Notes under the pieces: generated by a model
What the model was told of the DNA's origin: nothing
What the model saw: only the letters and a program-made list of their open reading frames with translations
Databases searched by the model: none
Source: Geopsychrobacteraceae bacterium
Lineage (GTDB): Bacteria; Desulfobacterota; Desulfuromonadia; Desulfuromonadales; Geopsychrobacteraceae
DNA length: 64,000 bases
NCBI GenBank assembly: GCA_963676795.2
Contig: CAXXTB010000002.1
Location: 1,792,001-1,856,000 of the forward strand
Direction: 5' to 3'
Shown: in pieces, positions 19,018-28,900 of the stretch
Layout of the letters: each line of letters opens with the position of its first letter
Numbering within the stretch: the first letter of the stretch is position 1
Translations under genes and position numbers: made by a program

Positions 19018-19117
19018 AGCACTGAAGAAAATTTCAAGTTTTTCAATATGACAGGTTTATTTTATCCAGCGACAAACCAGAGCTCCTGTAAAAAAAGACA
19101 ATGAGTCGATTCTTAGC

Positions 19118-19175
19118 TTCCCGCAACAGCGTCACACTATTTAAAAAGGCCGTCCAATTTATAATTAGACCGCCT
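19118..19175. repeat. Degenerate direct copy of 19656-19713 (tmRNA terminator region)
   Basis: TTCCCGCAACAGCGTCACACTATTTAAAAAGGCCGTCCAATT vs TTCCCGCGACAGCGTCACGCCATTAAAAAAGGCCGCCCAATT. Confidence 0.8.
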
Positions 19176-19530
19176 CGGATTGCTGACAAAGTCAGCTTCT
19201 GGAAAACCATAATTCGATTCTGACCGTTTGATTAGCTTGCTCCTCGTCGGGCACATTCCGTATTGCTGGCATGAGCCGTTGCCGAGCTGCATGAACGGTT
19301 GACGTAAGTGATTTTTAAAAGTTTTTTTGCATCCCTTTTCAACGCTGGAAAAAGGATGGCGTCTGGCGGGACGAGACCCGCCGGGGTTGATTCTGATGTT
19401 TGTTCATGTCGATTGTTGTTAAGAATTACAACAGCCTCCGGAACCGCAAATGTCAGGGGCCATTAACTTCTATAATAAAAGCAATCAGCTTAAGTTACAC
19501 CACAGGAAATCGATGGCACCTACGGTGCCA

Positions 19531-19662
19531 GTGGCGGGAATCGCCTACTCCGTTTCGGCCATCCTGGCCTTCACTGCGTAGGCTCCCCTACGCTCGCTAA
19601 CGCGGCCGTCCGTGGCCACTTTTCTGACATTCAGTCAGCGCTCGCTGCGCTTCGATTCCCGC
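19531..19662. repeat. REP/MITE-like element bounded by inverted copies of the tmRNA T-arm sequence
   Basis: GCGGGAATCG (19534) ... CGATTCCCGC (19653); internal GGCCATCCTGGCC, GGCCGTCCGTGGCC and CGCTCGCT motifs. Confidence 0.55.
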
Positions 19663-19678
19663 GACAGCGTCACGCCAT

Positions 19679-19719
19679 TAAAAAAGGCCGCCCAATTATA
19701 AATTGGACGACCTTTTTTA
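19679..19719 (-). terminator. ssrA intrinsic terminator
   Basis: AAAAAAGGTCGTCCAAT...ATTGGGCGGCCTTTTTT immediately after CCA. Confidence 0.75.
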
Positions 19720-19721
19720 AA

Positions 19722-20076
19722 TGGTGGAGGTGGCGGGAATCGAACCCGCGTCCGAAAGCTCTCCGCGTAAGGTCTCTACATGCTTAGTCTGTATTTTAAT
19801 TTAACTGATGGAAGCTCCCACAGACAGGATCTTCAATCAGCGAGTCTTTTTAGAGTTTCGCCTGATAACCAAAGACTTGCTATCAGACTATCCCACTGCT
19901 TTACGTTTCATGTCCCACATGGGCGATGAGTCATGAAACGTGGTCGCTTAATTAAGCGGCCAGTGCGTAACTAACGTCAGAGTCTGCGTTTAGTTAAGTT
20001 GGGCTTTTGTACGGAGCCAGCCCACTCCGGCATGCAACACTTCGTTTCCTTCCCCCGTCGAAACCTTGACACCCCC
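19722..20076 (-). ncRNA. ssrA: tmRNA
   Basis: 5' GGGGGTGTCAAGGTTTCGAC, 3' GGTTCGATTCCCGCCACCTCCACCA, tag ORF ADSDVSYALAA*; follows smpB; 355 nt. Confidence 0.97.
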
Positions 20077-20167
20077 ATTCAAAATTGTTGTTTTTCAACA
20101 TCTTAAGCTGTGACCTGTAAAGTATTATCTCACATCTGAAACGATCTGCATAGTGCTTTGATGAAAT

Positions 20168-20623
20168 TTATCTGTGAGCACTTTTCATCACCTTGGCCAT
20201 TTCCCGATCGGCCTCTTTACGCTTCAAGGTCTCACGCTTGTCATGCAGTTTCTTACCGCGCCCGACACCGAGTTCCAGCTTGACGTAGTTGTTCTTGAAG
20301 TAGATCTTGGTCGGCACCAGTGCCAACCCCTTCTGCTCCGTGAGGCGGATCAACTTATCGATTTCCGTGTGATGAAGCAAGAGTTTTCTCATGCGGGTCG
20401 GCTCATGGTTCTCCCGGTTACCGAATGAGTATTCCGAGATATTCATGTTGTTGATGAAAACCTCACCATCCTTGATCCGACAGAACGACTCCTTGAGGTT
20501 GACCTTACCGGCACGAAGCGACTTGACCTCGGTCCCGGTCAGGACGATTCCGGCTTCAAAGGTTTCATCAATGAAGTAATCGTGAAATGCCTTTTTATTT
20601 GAGGCAATAACCTTGATTCCCAT
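20168..20623 (-). CDS. smpB: SsrA-binding protein
   Basis: [38 protein letters not shown]. Confidence 0.98.
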   Translation of the reverse strand: MGIKVIASNKKAFHDYFIDETFEAGIVLTGTEVKSLRAGKVNLKESFCRIKDGEVFINNMNISEYSFGNRENHEPTRMRKLLLHHTEIDKLIRLTEQKGLALVPTKIYFKNNYVKLELGVGRGKKLHDKRETLKRKEADREMAKVMKSAHR

Positions 20624-20643
20624 AGCGTTGGTAGTCTTTCAAT

Positions 20644-21087
20644 TCAATATTGATTTACAATCGAGACGATCTTCGGCATGAAGCGTTCACGTTGCCAGTT
20701 TCTTGTCAAGGCCCGGATCCCCAGAAAGGTCAGAACCAGAAAAACGACACCGAGCAGTGCTGAGACAAGCGAAGCATCATAAGGGGTCTGTTCACCGATC
20801 AGTTGACCGATACCGGCACCGACAACCAGACTGATTACCGGGACGATATAGAGCATCAGCGACGACTGAAGAAAGTTCTTCGTGGTGGTAACGACCTTGA
20901 CCTTGTCATTGACTTCGGCCCCCAGAGCGTTGATCACCTCGACCCGGACCATCTGCCCTTCTTCGCAGGACCCCATATTACAGCTGTCCGCTGCAGCGCA
21001 GTGCTGGCAGGCGCTGTTCTTGGCGCATTCAACCAAAGCGATCCCTTCGCCTGTCAATTCGATAACCGTCCCGTATTCTTCTATCAT
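20644..21087 (-). CDS. RseC/MucC family protein
   Basis: MIEEYGTV, SACQHCAAADSC, two C-terminal TM helices. Confidence 0.85.
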   Translation of the reverse strand: MIEEYGTVIELTGEGIALVECAKNSACQHCAAADSCNMGSCEEGQMVRVEVINALGAEVNDKVKVVTTTKNFLQSSLMLYIVPVISLVVGAGIGQLIGEQTPYDASLVSALLGVVFLVLTFLGIRALTRNWQRERFMPKIVSIVNQY

Positions 21088-21090
21088 CTG

Positions 21091-22374
21091 TTACTGTCTT
21101 TCACGTCCGACCGGTGGCAAAAGCGCCAGACCCCGATGATACACCTGTTCGATCGGTTTGTCACAGCCAGGATCGACAAAATAATCGAAAAGCTCGTTTG
21201 CCGCAACCCCCTGGGGCAGGTTCACCACCTGAAAGCTGGCCGCCTTCCCCTCATCCAGCGAACCGAACTGCTGTCCGTAACCGAGGATATCGGCCCCCTC
21301 TTGGGTCGCCATGGAGAACAGGGTCAGCGGATCCAGCTGGCCGTCAAACCAGCGATGGGCAAAGGCCATTTCATCCCAGATCGACAGTGAACTGTTACTC
21401 GACAGGCCATCGGTGCCAAGCACCAGCTTAACCCCGGCCCTGCGCAGCTTCTCGACCGGAGCTTTACCGACCCTGAGCAGTTGATTGGAACGCGGACAGA
21501 GCGCCAGGGCCATGCGTCTGTCGGCCAGCAGTTCAATATCGGCGTCGCTGAGCTGGACGCCGTGGACCAACAGGTTGTCCGGAAACAAGCCGCCCTGCTT
21601 GTCCAGATACGCCATCGGCGACAGTCCCGTTCCCTTTGGAACAAAGTCATTCCAGCCGACGAAGGGGTAGAGCTTGTCGATCAGCTCCCCTGCCCCGTCA
21701 CGGACGAAATCGACCTCGCACCCCGCTTCGGCGATATGGGTCGTACATTTCAGTCGTTGGTTCCGGCACCAGGAAAAGTTATGGGCCAGATAGTCAGCAC
21801 TGATCGTATAGGGAGAATGCGGCGAGACACCGGTCGTAAAGGGACCGCTATCCTCGAGCGCCAGCTCCTCCTGCATGCGCTTTGCGGCTTTGTCCGTCAG
21901 CTGCGGATTGCGCCCGAGGGTTTCCAGATAACAGATTCCCTCGAGGGGACCCCGCCGGTAATGGCTGCGCTGATCAAGATAGGAGAGAACGTCGCCGACA
22001 AGCAGCGTTCCTGATTTGACCGACAGTGCCATACCGTGAGCAATGGCTGCTGAAACCTGGCCCGGCTCCAGTTGCCTTTTGATCTTGACCAGCTTGATCA
22101 TCCAGTCGACGAAGCTGTCCTCTTCACTGAAGCTGACGTTGTAAGATCGCGTCCAGTCGCCAAACAGACTGAGCTCAAGGTGGGTGTGGACATTGGCAAA
22201 GCTCGGCAGGATAACGGCATGGCCGTAATCACGGATCTCGGCAGACGGTGCCTCAGCCACAAGCCGGGCCAGTGAATCGACGCGCAGGATGCGCCCCCGG
22301 TCAACCAGCAGTGCCCCGCCGTCACTGACGCTTCCGCTGCGGAAAACGAGGTATTTGGCCGTATAGATCGTCAC
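21091..22374 (-). CDS. Metal-dependent amidohydrolase/deaminase (possibly aminofutalosine deaminase-like)
   Basis: NVHTHLE, SPHSPY, THIAE, VHGV, LGTDG; GTG start inferred. Confidence 0.85.
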   Translation of the reverse strand: MTIYTAKYLVFRSGSVSDGGALLVDRGRILRVDSLARLVAEAPSAEIRDYGHAVILPSFANVHTHLELSLFGDWTRSYNVSFSEEDSFVDWMIKLVKIKRQLEPGQVSAAIAHGMALSVKSGTLLVGDVLSYLDQRSHYRRGPLEGICYLETLGRNPQLTDKAAKRMQEELALEDSGPFTTGVSPHSPYTISADYLAHNFSWCRNQRLKCTTHIAEAGCEVDFVRDGAGELIDKLYPFVGWNDFVPKGTGLSPMAYLDKQGGLFPDNLLVHGVQLSDADIELLADRRMALALCPRSNQLLRVGKAPVEKLRRAGVKLVLGTDGLSSNSSLSIWDEMAFAHRWFDGQLDPLTLFSMATQEGADILGYGQQFGSLDEGKAASFQVVNLPQGVAANELFDYFVDPGCDKPIEQVYHRGLALLPPVGRERQ

Positions 22375-22381
22375 GTCCGGG

Positions 22382-24025
22382 CTACCCGACGGCAACGCTG
22401 GAGGTCAGGGTTCTGATCCGCTCGAAAATCTCCCGGAACGACCGATCGGCAATGATCTCCAGCTGTTCATCCAGGACAGACTGCAAGACATCTTTGGTCG
22501 ACAACGGATTGGCCAGCACGACCCTGAAAACGGTGATCATCTGCCCCTGATAACGGGCCGAGCTCAGACTAGTTCTGGAGACAAAGGTCTTACCGGCTTC
22601 GCGCTGACGTTTCTGAACTTCGATGGTCACCAAGTCGAGCAGTGCGTTCACTTCCGTTCTGGTGTTCACTGCGAGGCTCGGCAGCAGCGTCTGCAGCCAG
22701 GCGGGCACATATCGGTAGGTCAGGATATTCAGTTCCGGAGCCGTCACCAGTTCGAAATCCTCCGCAGCCTGGACCATATCGGCAAACAGTCGTGCCCGCT
22801 CAATCCCCATATCGATCAGCAGTTCGTAGCCTTTGCGACCGATGATCGACAGACCGGCATGAACGAGCATCGCCATCCCGGGGCGTGAGCCTTCGAGGGT
22901 ATGACTCCCCAGATCCTTGGACCCGTGGCGGATGATGTACTTGGCATGATGCTCGATCGCCGAGAGGCTGCGCGGATCCTTAAAAAGGACCATCCCAGCA
23001 CCCATCGGGACGTAGAGCTGCTTGTGAGCATCGATCGTTACGGAATCGGCGCGTTCGATCCCCTTGAGGAGGTGACGGTGCCGGTCGGAGAAGAGGGTTG
23101 GGCCACCCCAGGCTGAATCGACATGGAAGTGACAACCGATTTCGATCGCAAAGTCGGCCAGATCCTCAAGCGGATCGACATGACCGGTTTCGGTCGTGCC
23201 GGCGATACCGACGATCGCCATGACCCGGATATTGCGCTCTTTGAGCTGCTGATAACGCTGGCGCAGATCGCCCATATCGATGCGGTTGTTCTCATCGGTA
23301 TCAACCAGGACTAGGTTATCGCGGCCGATGCCGAGCAGGTCGGCAGCTTTACCGAGCGAATAGTGGCCGCGCCGTGAAACCATGACCGCCAGCCCTTCAC
23401 AGCCAAGGAACTTGAGCGACTGAAACAGTCCCTCTTTACAAATGCCGCGGAATTCCCCCTGCGGACGGCAGAGATGATTGCGCGCCACCCACAGGGCGGT
23501 CATGTTGGCGACGGTTCCGCCGGAGCAGAATGCTCCCAGTGCATGAGCACTGTCGTGGATCCAGCGCCGGTAGAATTCATCATTCCGGGTGTAAATCAGC
23601 CGGTGAAGCATGGCCAGCACCTGACGTTCCAGCGGCGTAAAGGCCTTGGAGGTTTCGACCTTGACCAGGTTCTGATTGAGCGCCGTCATCAGGCGCGACA
23701 GCGGCAGCATGAAATAAGGCAGCGCCGAGGTCATGTGGCCGACGAAACCGGGGGCTGCGGTATGCACCGAATGGGCGACCAGGTTTTCCCGGATAAACTC
23801 GGTATAGTCGGAGACGAACATCGGTTCTTCGGGGACGGATGCCGCGGAAAACTGCTGTTCAATCTCGTCGAGACTCTGCTCCGTGGCAACAACGTGCTTC
23901 TGCAGGAAATCGGCAACATTTTCACCGATCGCCTGATCGATACGCCCCAGAGTGGAGTCAGGAGCGACAGGAACGGTAAAAATCCGGTACAGGTTCTGCA
24001 GATTGGCCAGTGCCGCTTCAGTCAT
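22382..24025 (-). CDS. panP: PLP-dependent aspartate 1-decarboxylase
   Basis: Group II decarboxylase (GHMTSALP, HVDSAWGG, DAHKQLY); LYRIFTVP N-terminus; cotranscribed with panBC. Confidence 0.85.
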   Translation of the reverse strand: MTEAALANLQNLYRIFTVPVAPDSTLGRIDQAIGENVADFLQKHVVATEQSLDEIEQQFSAASVPEEPMFVSDYTEFIRENLVAHSVHTAAPGFVGHMTSALPYFMLPLSRLMTALNQNLVKVETSKAFTPLERQVLAMLHRLIYTRNDEFYRRWIHDSAHALGAFCSGGTVANMTALWVARNHLCRPQGEFRGICKEGLFQSLKFLGCEGLAVMVSRRGHYSLGKAADLLGIGRDNLVLVDTDENNRIDMGDLRQRYQQLKERNIRVMAIVGIAGTTETGHVDPLEDLADFAIEIGCHFHVDSAWGGPTLFSDRHRHLLKGIERADSVTIDAHKQLYVPMGAGMVLFKDPRSLSAIEHHAKYIIRHGSKDLGSHTLEGSRPGMAMLVHAGLSIIGRKGYELLIDMGIERARLFADMVQAAEDFELVTAPELNILTYRYVPAWLQTLLPSLAVNTRTEVNALLDLVTIEVQKRQREAGKTFVSRTSLSSARYQGQMITVFRVVLANPLSTKDVLQSVLDEQLEIIADRSFREIFERIRTLTSSVAVG

Positions 24026-24028
24026 CGC

Positions 24029-24874
24029 TCAACCCACCAGGTAGCCGTTGTCGAGCAGGCGGGTCTTACCGACATAGACGGCCATCAGCAATACCGCATG
24101 GTCATCGACAGTCGTCTGATCGGTCAGTTGCAGATCGTGGCAGATGCTCAGGTAATCGATGCGCGCAGCGGGCTGCGCTTCGATCAGTGCCTCAAGCTCT
24201 GCGAGCAGCTTTGCACTGTCGGTTTCACCGCCTGCGACCAGCTCACGGCCGCGCCCCAGCGCCTGAGAGAGGACCAGCGCCTGCCGGCGTTCCGATTCGT
24301 CCAGATAGACATTGCGCGAACTCATCGCCAGCCCGTCAGCCTCACGGAAGATCGGCATGCCGACAATCTCGATCGGCATGTTGAGATCGAGCACCATGCG
24401 CCGTATAACGGCCAGCTGCTGGAAGTCTTTGGCCCCAAACAGAGCGACGTTCGGCTGGACGATATTGAAAAGTTTGGTGACAACCGTGGTCACACCGCGG
24501 AAATGACCGGGACGGCTGGCGCCGCACAGGTCTTCGGTGATCCCTTCCACCTCGACATAGGTCAGGTAGCCCTGCGGATACATCTGCTCCGGGGTCGGCA
24601 GGTAGACGACATCGGTGCCGACCTCTTCGGCCAGCCGGCAATCGCGCTCATGGTCACGCGGATAGGCATCGAAATCCTCCCCCTCACCGAACTGGGTCGG
24701 ATTGACAAAGATCGACAGGACCAGGATATCTCCCCGCTTGCGCCCTTCCTTGAGCAACGAGAGGTGCCCCTCGTGCAAAAAGCCCATGGTCGGCACAAAG
24801 GCAATTGTTTTCCCTGCAGCCCGCGCCTCAAGCGCAAACTGCTGCATCTCACCGGCAGTACTGATAATTTTCAT
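24029..24874 (-). CDS. panC: Pantoate-beta-alanine ligase
   Basis: [36 protein letters not shown]. Confidence 0.97.
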   Translation of the reverse strand: MKIISTAGEMQQFALEARAAGKTIAFVPTMGFLHEGHLSLLKEGRKRGDILVLSIFVNPTQFGEGEDFDAYPRDHERDCRLAEEVGTDVVYLPTPEQMYPQGYLTYVEVEGITEDLCGASRPGHFRGVTTVVTKLFNIVQPNVALFGAKDFQQLAVIRRMVLDLNMPIEIVGMPIFREADGLAMSSRNVYLDESERRQALVLSQALGRGRELVAGGETDSAKLLAELEALIEAQPAARIDYLSICHDLQLTDQTTVDDHAVLLMAVYVGKTRLLDNGYLVG

Positions 24875-24879
24875 GATGA

Positions 24880-25683
24880 CTACTTGAACGAATGATCGAT
24901 GGTTGGAAAGGCACCGCTTTTGACTTCACTGATGTAGTCAGCGATCCCCTTGCTGACGGTGTCGGAAATATCGGCAAAGCGTTTGACGAATTTGGGTGAA
25001 TACTTGTCGCACAGGCCAAGGATATCGTGAATGACCAGCACCTGGCCGTCACAGTCGCTACCTGCGCCGATGCCGATGGTCGGGATCGTCAGTTCTGAAG
25101 TGATCCGTTGGGCCAGATCGCGTGGGACCCCTTCCATGACAACCGAGAAGGCTCCGGCCTGTTCAACCGCTTTGGCGTCAGCCAGGATCTGGCGAGCCTG
25201 CTCTTCCTGGCGCCCCTGAACCTTGAAGCCGCCCATGCGGTGTATCGACTGTGGTGTCAGACCGATGTGGGCCATGACCGGGATATCGATATCAACCAGA
25301 GATTTGATGGTCTCCGCCATATGCTCGCCACCTTCAAGCTTGACGGAGTGGGCTCCGCCCTCCTTGAGGAGACGGCCGGCGTTGATTCGCGCATCGCGGA
25401 TATCGGTCTGGTAGGACATGAACGGCATGTCGGCGACAATCAGCGCCTGCTGAGAGCCGCGCGCCACGGCCCGGGTGTGGTAGACCATCTCGTCCATGGT
25501 CACCGGCAGGGTATTGTCATAACCTGAGAAAACAGTCCCGGCCGAATCGCCGACCAGGATGACATCGATCCCCTGGTTGTCCATCAAACGGGCGAAGGCA
25601 TAGTCATAAGCGGTGAGAACAGTGATCTTTTCTCCCTGTTCCTTCATGCGGGAGATATCGAGAACCGATTTGCGAGCTTTCAT
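24880..25683 (-). CDS. panB: 3-methyl-2-oxobutanoate hydroxymethyltransferase
   Basis: LTAYD, LVGDS, VKLEGG, HIGLTPQ, TIGIGAG. Confidence 0.97.
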   Translation of the reverse strand: MKARKSVLDISRMKEQGEKITVLTAYDYAFARLMDNQGIDVILVGDSAGTVFSGYDNTLPVTMDEMVYHTRAVARGSQQALIVADMPFMSYQTDIRDARINAGRLLKEGGAHSVKLEGGEHMAETIKSLVDIDIPVMAHIGLTPQSIHRMGGFKVQGRQEEQARQILADAKAVEQAGAFSVVMEGVPRDLAQRITSELTIPTIGIGAGSDCDGQVLVIHDILGLCDKYSPKFVKRFADISDTVSKGIADYISEVKSGAFPTIDHSFK

Positions 25684-25687
25684 GCGA

Positions 25688-25739
25688 CGTCCTTTCAACA
25701 AAAAAACCTTTCGCCGAAACGAAAGGTTTGAACAGGACG
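25688..25739 (-). terminator. Leader terminator/RBS-sequestering hairpin upstream of panB
   Basis: AAACCTTTCG-loop-CGAAAGGTTTTTTT; flanks CGTCCT/AGGACG and TTCAA/TTGAA extend the stem over the RBS. Confidence 0.75.
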
Positions 25740-25764
25740 CAGATATCCCGTTGAAGATTCAAAA

Positions 25765-25806
25765 TGCCCTTTCCGTCCCGGTCGATAACGATCCAAGCGG
25801 TATTTT
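25765..25806 (-). promoter_or_regulatory. Candidate pan RNA motif
   Basis: ACCGCTTGGATCG-TTATC-GACCGGGACGG bulged hairpin in the panB leader; match recalled, not scored. Confidence 0.6.
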
Positions 25807-25950
25807 TCCGGCCCGCACCACTTAAGCAATCAGCTCCGGTACGAGTCCCGGGCCGTGGTGGTTCAAGCAGGTCGCTGCCCCATATAACATACAGCCCGGT
25901 CAAGATCCAGAAAAAACAGGCCACACTTGGCTATCCGCCGGACCAAACCC

Positions 25951-28900
25951 TCAGCCACTGGTCAACAAAGCTTCCAGGGCACGCAGCAGAACAGTAAACG
26001 GATGGTAGTTTTGCGGTACTTCCGTCATCAGCGCCTGTTTGAGGGTCTCATAATTACGCAGCCGCTGGCGCCGCTCGCGGAAATACCTTTCCGGCTGATC
26101 GGCATTCTGCCCGGCCACCTGCTGAACAAGGCGGACAGTGACCGTATGCAGCGAGCTGAGCAGTGCTTCACGCGCGCGGCGATCCCAGCTGTTACGGGTG
26201 CTGACCCTGTTCAGCTGGTCAAGGACCGCATCGAGACCGACAGTCTTTTGCACCAGCACATGGATTCTCGCCAGCCTCTCCAGCTCAAGGGCCAGGGTGT
26301 CACTCATGCAGATCAACGGCAGGAAATCGAAAAGACTGTCGAGAACCGACAGCTTGTAGGCGGTCAATTGCGCGACCCCTTCGCTGATCAGGCGTTTCCT
26401 CTCGTCGAGACAGACGGCCCAGCGGTCCTCCGGCAGAACCCGCGGCAACATCCGGGCGTAATCCTTGAGCTGCCTTGCAATATGCTCGAACTCGGCCGGG
26501 GTCTTGGGGATCGCCATATCGTAGGCAAGAGCATAGGTGCAGAAGGTTCCGAGCAGATCTTCGAGCCGGTGCAACAGCTCATACTGCCGCTCCGCCGGCA
26601 TCCGGTTATCCAGAGCAAAGATCGCCCTGCGCAGTTCCGGCCCGTCGAGCAGAACATCGAACAGCAGATAGGCGCAGGCCACCTCAGCCTGAGAACGACC
26701 GGTCATGCGGCTGCAATCCTGCACAAAAGCACAGCCCGACTGGCCGATAACCCGGTTGGTCAGCACCGTTGCCGTGATCTCACGGGCCAGCGGGTGGGTT
26801 GGCAGCAATTCCCGGTACTGAGCCTGGATCTGATCCGGGAAATAATCGAAAAGAAGATTGCTGACGGCGGGATTCTCCGGCCATTCGAAGTCGAGCAGAT
26901 TACGGAACAGGAACATCTTGCTGTAGGCCAGCAGCACCGATAGCTCAGGGCGGGTCAGATGATTGGGCTGGCGCAGCGCGACATCCTTGCGATTCGGCAG
27001 GAATTCGCCCTGCCGGTCGAGCAGACCGGCCCGGCTCAGACGCTCGATCTGATCCATGAAGGGTTCGACATCCTTGCGGCAGCGTAAACTGTCGAGAGAA
27101 ATCGCCAGGCTCTGCATGTAGTTATTGGCCAGAACCGACTGGCAGACATCCTCCTCAATCTGTTCCAGCAGCTCATAGCCATGCTGATCGTCGGCGAGCA
27201 CTCCCCGGCGGCGAAGCACCTGGAGCAGGATTTTCAGGTTGACCTCATGGTCGGAGCTATCGACCCCCCCTGAGTTGTCGATGGAATCGGTATTGAGCAG
27301 GCCACCGTTCAGTGCGAATTCAATACGCCCCAGCTGGGTCATCCCCAGGTTGCCCCCTTCTCCGAAAACCCTGCAGCGCAGTTCGCAACCGTCGACCCGC
27401 AACGGATCATTCCCCTTGTCGCCAACCTGCTCATGAGTCTGCACAGACGCCTTGACATAGGTGCCGATTCCACCGTTCCAGATCAGATCTACTTTCGCCT
27501 TCAACAACAGTCGGATCAGCTCGTTGGCCTCGAGCGAACCGGGCCTGATACCAAGCCAGGCCGCGACCTCCTTAGAAACCGGAATCTCCTTTGATTGTCG
27601 GGAATATACCCCGCCACCTTTAGAAATCAGTTGAGGGTTGTAATCGTCCCATCCCGAGCGCGGCAGCTGGAACAGCCGGCTGCGTTCCTGCCAGGAAATT
27701 TGCGGATCCGGATCAGGATCGAGAAAGATATGACGATGGTTGAAAGCGGCCAGCAGGCGAATCTGCTTCGACAGCAGCATGCCGTTGCCGAAGACGTCGC
27801 CACTCATATCACCGATACCGACCACGCTAAACGGTTCATTCTGGATATCGGTTCCCAGCTCGCGGAACGAGCGCTTGACGCACTCCCAGGCGCCACGCGC
27901 GGTAATCCCCAGCTTTTTATGGTCATAGCCGTGCGATCCGCCACTGGCAAAGGCATCACCGAGCCAGAAGCCGTAATCCTTGCTGATCGCATTTGCCGTA
28001 TCGGAGAGATGTGCTGTCCCCTTGTCAGCAGCGACAACCAGATAGGGATCCTTGTCATCATAGACAACAACCCCTTGCGGCCTGACGACCTCGTCGCCGT
28101 GGCGATTGTCGGTCAGGTCGAGCAACCCGCGCATCAGTGTCTGGTAGGCTTCTTTGACATAGCGCCCCTGCTCTTCCCGGTCAGCGCTGCTGCGCTTGGT
28201 AATAAACCCGCCCTTCGAGCCTTCCGGAACGATCACGGCATTCTTGGTCATCTGGGCCTTAACCAGGCCAAGCACCTCGGTTCGGAAATCGTCCGGCCGG
28301 TCCGACCAGCGGATCCCGCCTCTAGCCACCTTGCCACCGCGCAGGTGAATCCCTTCCATGGTTGACGAGTGAACATAGACCTCGTAGAGCGGCCGCGGAG
28401 CAGGCATATCCATAACCCCTAGGGAACTCACCTTGAACGACAGGAAGTAATCCTCCTGGCCATAGCGCAGATAAAAGTTGGTGCGGATCGTCGAATCGAT
28501 CAGGTTGAACAGGGTGCGCAGGATCCTGTCTTCGTTCGGATCACTGACCTGTTCCAGCGCATTGACAAGATCCTGGCGGATCGGTCCGAGAACATCGATC
28601 TCGCGGGTCAGTGGATCCGCCCAGTCGGCAACTGGCTTGAAACGCCCTTCGAAATAACGGAACAGCAAAATGCTGACACCAGGATTGTCGATCAGCGCAT
28701 CATCAATCCGTTTTTTGGTAAAGGGACAGCCCAGCTGAAAATAATAATTACGGTAGGCACGGAACACATCGATCTCATGCCAGGTCAGGCCGGTCAACAG
28801 CAGCAACTGGTGGAGCAGATCGTTCTCGACCCGGCCGCTGCAGAGGGCCGTCAGGGTATCGATAAGCAGCGGCTTGAGCCGGGCATAGTCCAGTTCGGAC

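Noticed and set aside
19400..19600. 66-aa ORF downstream of ssrA
   Set aside because: TTG start, no RBS, runs through repeat DNA
23474..24895. 473-aa plus-strand ORF (similarly 25927-26943, 32429-33697, 37469-38647, 42922-44136, 55893-57263)
   Set aside because: Antisense shadows of well-supported genes, typical of GC-rich codon usage
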